DNA of 63,844 nucleotides, the filler included, from Reticulomyxa filosa (taxonomy: Eukaryota > Protista > Foraminifera): assembly GCA_000512085.1 (NCBI GenBank). It is 19 parts of 19 records of this genome, joined end to end, with 100 filler letters (N's around TTAATTAATTAA, not from the genome) between each part and the next. Parts side by side here need not be neighbours in the genome. Positions count along the whole stretch, not along the records: positions 48,375 to 59,541 come from ASPP01004334.1; positions 59,642 to 60,915 come from ASPP01002121.1; positions 61,016 to 62,341 come from ASPP01028624.1; positions 62,442 to 63,844 come from ASPP01000444.1; 15 more parts are not named here. One strand, given 5' to 3'. Every line of letters starts with the position of its first letter. The first letter of the stretch is position 1. Positions 57,344-63,844 of this stretch are shown one piece after another. The notes below the pieces were generated by a model. It did no database searches. It was not told the origin of the DNA and saw nothing but the letters and a program-made list of their open reading frames with translations. The translations under genes were made by a program, and so were the position numbers.

Positions 57344-59493
57344 ATGTGGACACTAATTTTTTTTGCTAGTAGTTACTGCCCAAGATGATCTCCCATGTGA
57401 TTATGTGATCTTTCGAGGGTGAGAAATATGACAGATCGAGGCCAAAGTGTTAACATCACAATCCTTCATGTGCAAATATAACATATACACAAAAAAAAGA
57501 TTGTCATACGCAACGGATCGCTGTAATTCGTATTATCAGCGAACGGGTAGTACTTATTTAATGTATTTATATATGTTTGGGTGCTATCCAGATGGCTCTG
57601 AGGTCTGGTTAGCGCGGTATCCTACTTGGAATTGTACGGGATCACCGTACTCCTACAAGTTTCGGCTCACCTTCTGAAGAAAAAAAACAAATAAACATAA
57701 AGTTATAGCAAAAAAAAACAATTGACAATAACAATTTTAGTGGCAACGTGTCAGGGGCCGGAGATTTCTATTGCAACAGGTCGAGGTCTTGTCATGTGTC
57801 AATAACCGGATACATATTGGACCAACCCTGTGGAATGAGCTACAATGATTCGTATTGATATTCAATCTATGTACAAGACCTTTGTGCTTATGATTATAAG
57901 TCGAGTACTTTTTTTTTAAAAAATTCAAAACTTAAAACGAGTAATAAATGAAGGTTGTAACAATAAAGTATTTGTGCATATATCTGTATGTGTATATATA
58001 ATAGGTATGCCGATGAATCATTAATAACATGTACAAACAATAGTTCGATCGTTTCGAAAAAAAAAAAAAAAAATTCTGTACACTTTTTGCTATATAAGCC
58101 TTTCTCTCCATTTTGCTTAGTCAGCAGTTTGTTTGTTTTTTAATGTTTACGTTTTGATTTGTATTTTACTTGGGGACTGTGATAAGAGTATACATAAGCG
58201 CAGTATTAATTGCCAAGTTGCACCAGATCGTTCAACGACATAGTCGTCCATATGCAACGCGACGAGTTTGACAGTTATCGCCGCTTCAAAATCAACTTTA
58301 ACGGCCGATAATGAACAGCTTCCAACGCCCATGTACAAGAGCATTATTGTGATGTCAATGATTGCAACAATCAACCAACTCCACCCCCCCGTCGTCACAT
58401 TATTGTTATCAAGAGAATCGAAATGACATATATTCTTGTGCTTATGTCAATTGGTGTTTGTATATACTATATAATGTACATATTATACATACATATATAT
58501 GCATGTGCATGTAATACAATGACAGCATTTTTTCCTTTTCTTTGAACATGCTAATAGCTTATCTCACACTACATTTAAAAAAAAAGGTTGGACAAACAAT
58601 GGCTCCAAACCAATGTTTCTATGTCTTACTTTCAGGCAATACTGGCAATATCTCCCTGAAATTCCAGCGCAATGCACAAACAATTGAGTGGATGTTATAT
58701 TTAGGTTTGGTAACTGGTATATATATACGTATAATATATGTATTGTACACGTGTATATGTACATATGTATATTTGCTGTTTGAGTGGATGTGCATGTGAG
58801 AATGAAGTGATGCAAATACAATACAAAAACCAAAGATTGTCACGACAATGGTCTTTCATGGAATTCAACGGATGTGATAATGGACTTCAATTGCATTGCG
58901 CCGTCTATATGTATTATCGCGCGACCAACGACAATGATTCAAAATGTACAACTGTAAATGATATCGCCGAATGGCCGTGGATTCTTGCTACTGAAATCTG
59001 CAAATACGGGACCATGGTTACTTGCAAATACAATGCACTGGATGTTGCAACGTTTCGTATATATGTGATATACATTTATATAAATATATACATATTTATA
59101 AGTATATATTTATATATGTATATAAATCTTAATGTGTTTTTTGTTTTATTTGAGTGATAACAATGATTGCTCAATGAAGCTATTTGAATGACAGCACTTG
59201 CACACGCAAGCCTTCGACTCACATGCAAGTGGCAGAAGGATGCGAGCACTTTAACAACAATCCATCACCGCCTTATTACAAGTATAACATCGTTTGTTCA
59301 AACCAAGGTGGTAACAGTTGCAGCTCTGGTCTGTCCAAAAATCAGTGATTATTATTTCCTTGACTGTTGTGTTGGCCGTCTTGATATCCATTGGCGCCTT
59401 GTGGGTCTGCTATGCTACTCACGTGTCGCGTTTCGTCAAAACGAAGATCGATCGCACGGGAATGTTGGCGCTAGTTCCACAAAACGAAGAATA
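57344..59493 (+). pseudogene. Type I membrane protein with Cys-rich ectodomain, multi-exon, disrupted
   Basis: Signal peptide then AQDDLPCDYV; YATDRC..YMFGC..YPTWNC; second repeat APNQC..; TM segment VIIISLTVVLAVLISIGALWVCY; short tail; several stops and frameshifts. Confidence 0.65.
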
Positions 59494-59641
59494 GTCTCAA
59501 GATAAGATTAACGATCACACCGACAATCTCTTCAATGATGANNNNNNNNNNNNNNNNNNNNNNNNNNNNNNNNNNNNNNNNNNNNTTAATTAATTAANNN
59601 NNNNNNNNNNNNNNNNNNNNNNNNNNNNNNNNNNNNNNNNN

Positions 59642-60915
59642 AAAAATCCAAATGAATGAATTCGAGACCATTGAGATGGAATTGCAATACATTTACGTGG
59701 ATATTTCATTTTAATCCAATGTAATGACTTTTCTTGAATTTCACAAGAAATGATTACCTGTCCACCTTTCAATCCTTCCCATGCAAGATGTGACAAATAA
59801 TCAATTTCCATTTTGAAAATATTAAACATATTTTGTTCATTTAATTTGTCTTTTATTCCATTTGATTTTGTCCAATTCCACTTCATATAACATTCCAACA
59901 ATCTCTCATACAATTTTGAAACTGAAATATTATTTAATCCATCAAATATTTTGTTTTCAGTTTGGTTTTCTTCTTTGATTTCATTTATTTCATTCACTTC
60001 ATTAATTTCTTGTCTTGCAAGATAACAAAATAAACGTAAATACAATGGAATATGACTCAATAATTTCAAATTTTTATTATTATTTAATATTTTTATCAAT
60101 ATATTTGCCTGCTTATTATTGACATCATTTGCAATGTTTCGAAAATATCCATGAACATAATTTTGGATATCTTCTTTTTGAAATCCAATGACATTGAGTC
60201 TTCTTAATTTATCATCCAAATATGAACACATTGCATTGGGACGACTTGTCATAATTATAGAATAGTTTGTATTTGAAGCACAATCTTTCAACCACTTTTT
60301 CAAACCTGGTTTTGTGTTCAATTCATTTGCAATCTCATCAAATCCATCCAATACTAATAACAATTCATTCTTTTCATTCATTACACATTTTGTGTCATCT
60401 GCATTCCATTGTGGAATATTCAATTCTTTCATTATCTTTAACCATTGCTTTTCAATGTCATCATCATTTTTATTCGTGGTTTTATCAAAAATGCTTACAA
60501 TCTTTCTCAAAGGAATGTGCAATAGGAATTGAAATTTATCATTCCACATTTGTTTATTTGCCCATAGATATGCAATTCTTTGCGACAATACACTTTTTCC
60601 AGTTCCTGCTTCTCCATTAATACTGACGTGACGCAATTTTAATCCATTTTCTTCGTTCTTTCTTTTCCAAATATCTTCTAATTCTATTGATTCTTTCTTA
60701 TTGTCATAGAGTAACGAATAATCCATTGTGTTTGACCATTTTTCATCTTCTTCACGTATTTTATGATCAGAATCTTCTTTTTCTTCTTCTTTGTTTGATA
60801 TTTTATTTTTTCTTTCTTGAAACTGTTGTTGGGTTAAAAGGACCAATCGAACGTAACAAGTGCCAATTGCTTGTGGAGGGTCGTCAAATAATGGAACTAG
60901 TTTGTCTTGAGAGTT
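59642..60915 (-). CDS. NACHT-domain (STAND) NTPase, partial at both ends
   Basis: Walker A GEAGTGKS, Walker B LLVLDGFDE, sensor IIMTSRP, GF motif, HIPLYL, winged-helix LAWEGL; intronless 1.27-kb open frame. Confidence 0.93.
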
Positions 60916-61171
60916 NNNNNNNNNNNNNNNNNNNNNNNNNNNNNNNNNNNNNNNNNNNNTTAATTAATTAANNNNNNNNNNNNNNNNNNNNNNNNNNNNN
61001 NNNNNNNNNNNNNNNCTCACTTGCCAAATTTCATGTTGTCAAGTTTAGTTCAATTTTGTCATTTGTTTTATTTTATTGTGTGAACGTGATTAATCTCATC
61101 ATATCAATACTTTTTTTGTTTTTATCCAAACAGCGATTTTTCCGAATGTATATCCTTTTTTTTTTTTGTTA

Positions 61172-62341
61172 GGTGTCCTGTGGAAGCTCACTTGGATAGA
61201 AAGCAACTCCAATCTATGAACCCCAGAAAGAAAAGACGACTCCATCTTTTGCTGTGGAGGTTTTTTTTTTTAAAAAAAAAAGGCTTCCGGTGGGAAGTTA
61301 GAATGTCGCATGTGTCGCAATGATTTAATGGGTCGTTGTGCAGAGTGTGAGGAGAGCAATGCGAATGTCGAATCGTGTGCAATTGCTCAAGGCGAGTGTA
61401 ATCATATTTACCACGTCCGTTGTTTGGAGAATACGTTGAAATCGCATTTCCGATTTCCTCTTTGTTTACAACAGTTGAGTGTCTGTTGTAAATTGTTATC
61501 CTTGCATGTAAAAAAAAGAGATTTGACCTTTTGTGGTTCGTTCCCCTCAATCTCCTTTATATGACGGACGTACAAATACGTACACCGATGACAGATGGAA
61601 ATCCAAACTGAACAAAGAAGCAAGCAAACATGTGGCGAAAAAGAAAGATGAAAGCCAAATGAGTGTGACTGTGTGTTTTGGGACGAATGGGACCTATCGA
61701 TCTGATGACATCATCATTTCCAAAAAGGCGACTTTTGAAGGACTTTATTGAAGCAGTGGAACTGTAATTGAAGGTTTGCATTTTTTTTTTTGTTTTAATA
61801 CCTGTTTTGAACAAGTTGTTATTTCAAACAATTTTTTTAGCGACATGCCGAGGAGGGGTTTTTTGAATTTAAAAAAATAAAGGTAACGACGAAAGATAGA
61901 AGAATAATATTTCAAGACAGAGATATTGGATTTGAAACGAAAGAGACGTTGCTGTCGTCACTGAACTTGGGCGATGGAAGCGTGGTATCGATATGTGGGA
62001 TGATGTCTCACTCGCACTCGGTCCAAGTGACGGTGAAGTGCAACAAGAAGCCGTTTGTGAAAACGGTGGTGATTGACATGGAGTCGAAGCACACGATCCG
62101 AGACGTGAAGTACGAGATCCAGCAGCGTGAGGAAATAATATCGGCGAAGCAGCAGGTGTTTTTGAACAGCGACGAGCAAGCAAAAGGGAATGAGTTGAAG
62201 GGCAAGTTGCCATTGGTCGAATTGACTATCATCGTCACCGTGCGTGACAAGTGCATGTTGATATTGGACCTGTTTTGCAAAGGCCACCTGCTATCAAGTC
62301 GAGATGGAGGAGTGATGGACGGCGATGTGAAAATGTCACAA
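61172..62341 (+). pseudogene. RBX1/APC11-like RING-H2 followed by ubiquitin-like domains, disrupted and 3'-partial
   Basis: CRMCRNDLMGRCAEC..CAIAQGECNHIYHVRCL..FPLC; then MSVTV..RIIFQ..TLLSSLNLGDGSVV and VQVTVK..TVVIDMESKHTIRDVKYEIQQREEI..QQVF. Confidence 0.7.
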
Positions 62342-62564
62342 NNNNNNNNNNNNNNNNNNNNNNNNNNNNNNNNNNNNNNNNNNNNTTAATTAATTAANNN
62401 NNNNNNNNNNNNNNNNNNNNNNNNNNNNNNNNNNNNNNNNNGTTTCTAACAAAAATTTTAGTAGCAAATTGTGATTATTTTTTCTGGTTTATTGGATATA
62501 CGTTTATACTTTTATAAGTAGTTTGTAAAAACAATAAACAAAAATTTATAAAAGTTGTTGTAAG

Positions 62565-63844
62565 AAAAAAATTTTCAAAAATGATTGGAATTGAGACACC
62601 ATCTCCACATCACCTTGAGGTAGGTAGCAGAATGTATTGATTTTTACAAAATTATTTATAAGAATAGGCCTCAACAGTAGATATATAATAGCTACCGTTA
62701 CAAACAAAAATTCTTAATATTTCGTATGACTACCCCTTGCTTTGATCAAAGCTTTTATCCTATCAGGCATTGATTTCACTAACGTTCTACAAATATCTTT
62801 GTCAATATATTCATATTCTTTCTCAAACACATCACAAAGCTGCTTCAAAGACGTAACATCATGATTTTGGTGGATCTTCATCTTTATAATTTTCCACATA
62901 TTCTTGATTGGATTGAGGTCCGGGCTCTGCTGAGGATATTCTAAGAGCGCTATTCGATGATTCTCCAAAAATTCCATAGTTTGATTTGACTTTTGACAAG
63001 ATACACATTGTCTTGCTGAAAGAAAAAGTCCTAATGATACTTTTCTTCGAAACAATATTGACGATAGTTCCACATTTCGCGAGAATCTCTTTATAAAACT
63101 CAGAGTTAACAGTTCCTGTGATTTTGGCAGCATCACATACTCCTTTTGCCCACATGCTTCCACAAATCATTATGCTTCTTCCACCACCTTTCACAGTAAG
63201 CTTAGTAGTACGATCGTAAATCATTTCATTAGATCTTCGCCAAATTTATTCTTTTCAGTCATTTCCGAAACTATTTATTTTCGTTTCATCGGAAAAAATC
63301 ACTTTTCTACAATCATTTTTGGTGTTTTTTGACGAACTATAAACGTAACTTTTTATGGCACTTAATTAACCGAAGCTTTTTGATACTTATGCGACCATTT
63401 AAAACATTGGATTTTAAAATGTTCTTCAAAGTGCTCAAGGAGAACGTTCTTTTATATGTTCGTGCGAGTAGTCGCTGCAAATCTACTGCTGTTTTGTGCT
63501 TCGAATATCTATCAGTTCACGTTTTAGGACATCCAAAACCTCTTTTACGTGTAATCGTTCCACTGTTGAAAATGCTGATGTAAACTTTTTTTGCTTTGTC
63601 ATGATTTATCCTAAATTTGCTGGCCAGCCTCACGATACGACATTCACATAAGTATTCTTTCAAATAAAATTACTTGTTGTATTCCAGACAGCTTGTTAGT
63701 CATAACTAGAAGCAAAAAAATAACAATAAAAACAAAAACTTGTTATAATATTGAAAAAAAAAGTTTATATGGAAAATTGTGACCGCAACTAAAGCAAGTC
63801 CAACAAGAAAATTGCCCACTTACAATCATTTTTGAAAATTTTTT
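62565..63844 (-). mobile_element. Decayed Tc1-like (IS630-Tc1-mariner) DNA transposon
   Basis: Transposase relic at about 62714-63602: VIFSDETKIN, VKGGGRSIMICG, FQQDN, PQQSPDLNPIKNMW (catalytic E replaced by K), LVKSMPDRIKALIKARGSHTKY*. Perfect 22-bp inverted repeat at 62566-62587 and 63823-63844. Confidence 0.92.

Overview
This window is not one contiguous locus. It is 19 short contigs joined by an artificial 100-bp spacer (44 N + TTAATTAATTAA + 44 N), so neighbourhoods across spacers carry no biological meaning. The DNA is AT-rich eukaryotic nuclear sequence with many short spliceosomal introns, frequent homopolymer-associated frameshifts and many decayed gene copies. The expanded WD40, TRAF-RING and NACHT families and the tubulin look like a foraminiferan such as Reticulomyxa filosa (my inference, not database-checked). 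Recognisable genes: lipocalin, 3xRRM protein, a phosphonoacetate-hydrolase (PhnA)-like enzyme with introns, DENN protein, NOX/ferric-reductase C-terminus, Ero1, DGAT2, beta-tubulin, SAM protein, an intact WD40 gene, a TxH-type MAPK, a PINIT-MYND-SP-RING SUMO-ligase-like gene, a NACHT NTPase, an RBX1-like RING with Ubl domains, and a decayed Tc1 transposon with inverted repeats. Best leads: (1) a 99-nt phase-0/0 exon encoding a 33-aa W-x-R-x6-GWI-xx-F-x6-Y box, found on three separate contigs and occupying the place that TRAF/coiled-coil sequence takes in other copies of the same WD40 cassette, a candidate lineage-specific ubiquitin-ligase adaptor; (2) the intron-containing PhnA-like gene with a possible mitochondrial presequence; (3) unusual ubiquitin/SUMO and Cys-rich domain architectures; (4) A-rich intron acceptors and GCAATA donors. 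Exon models were read by eye and boundaries of degenerate genes are approximate.
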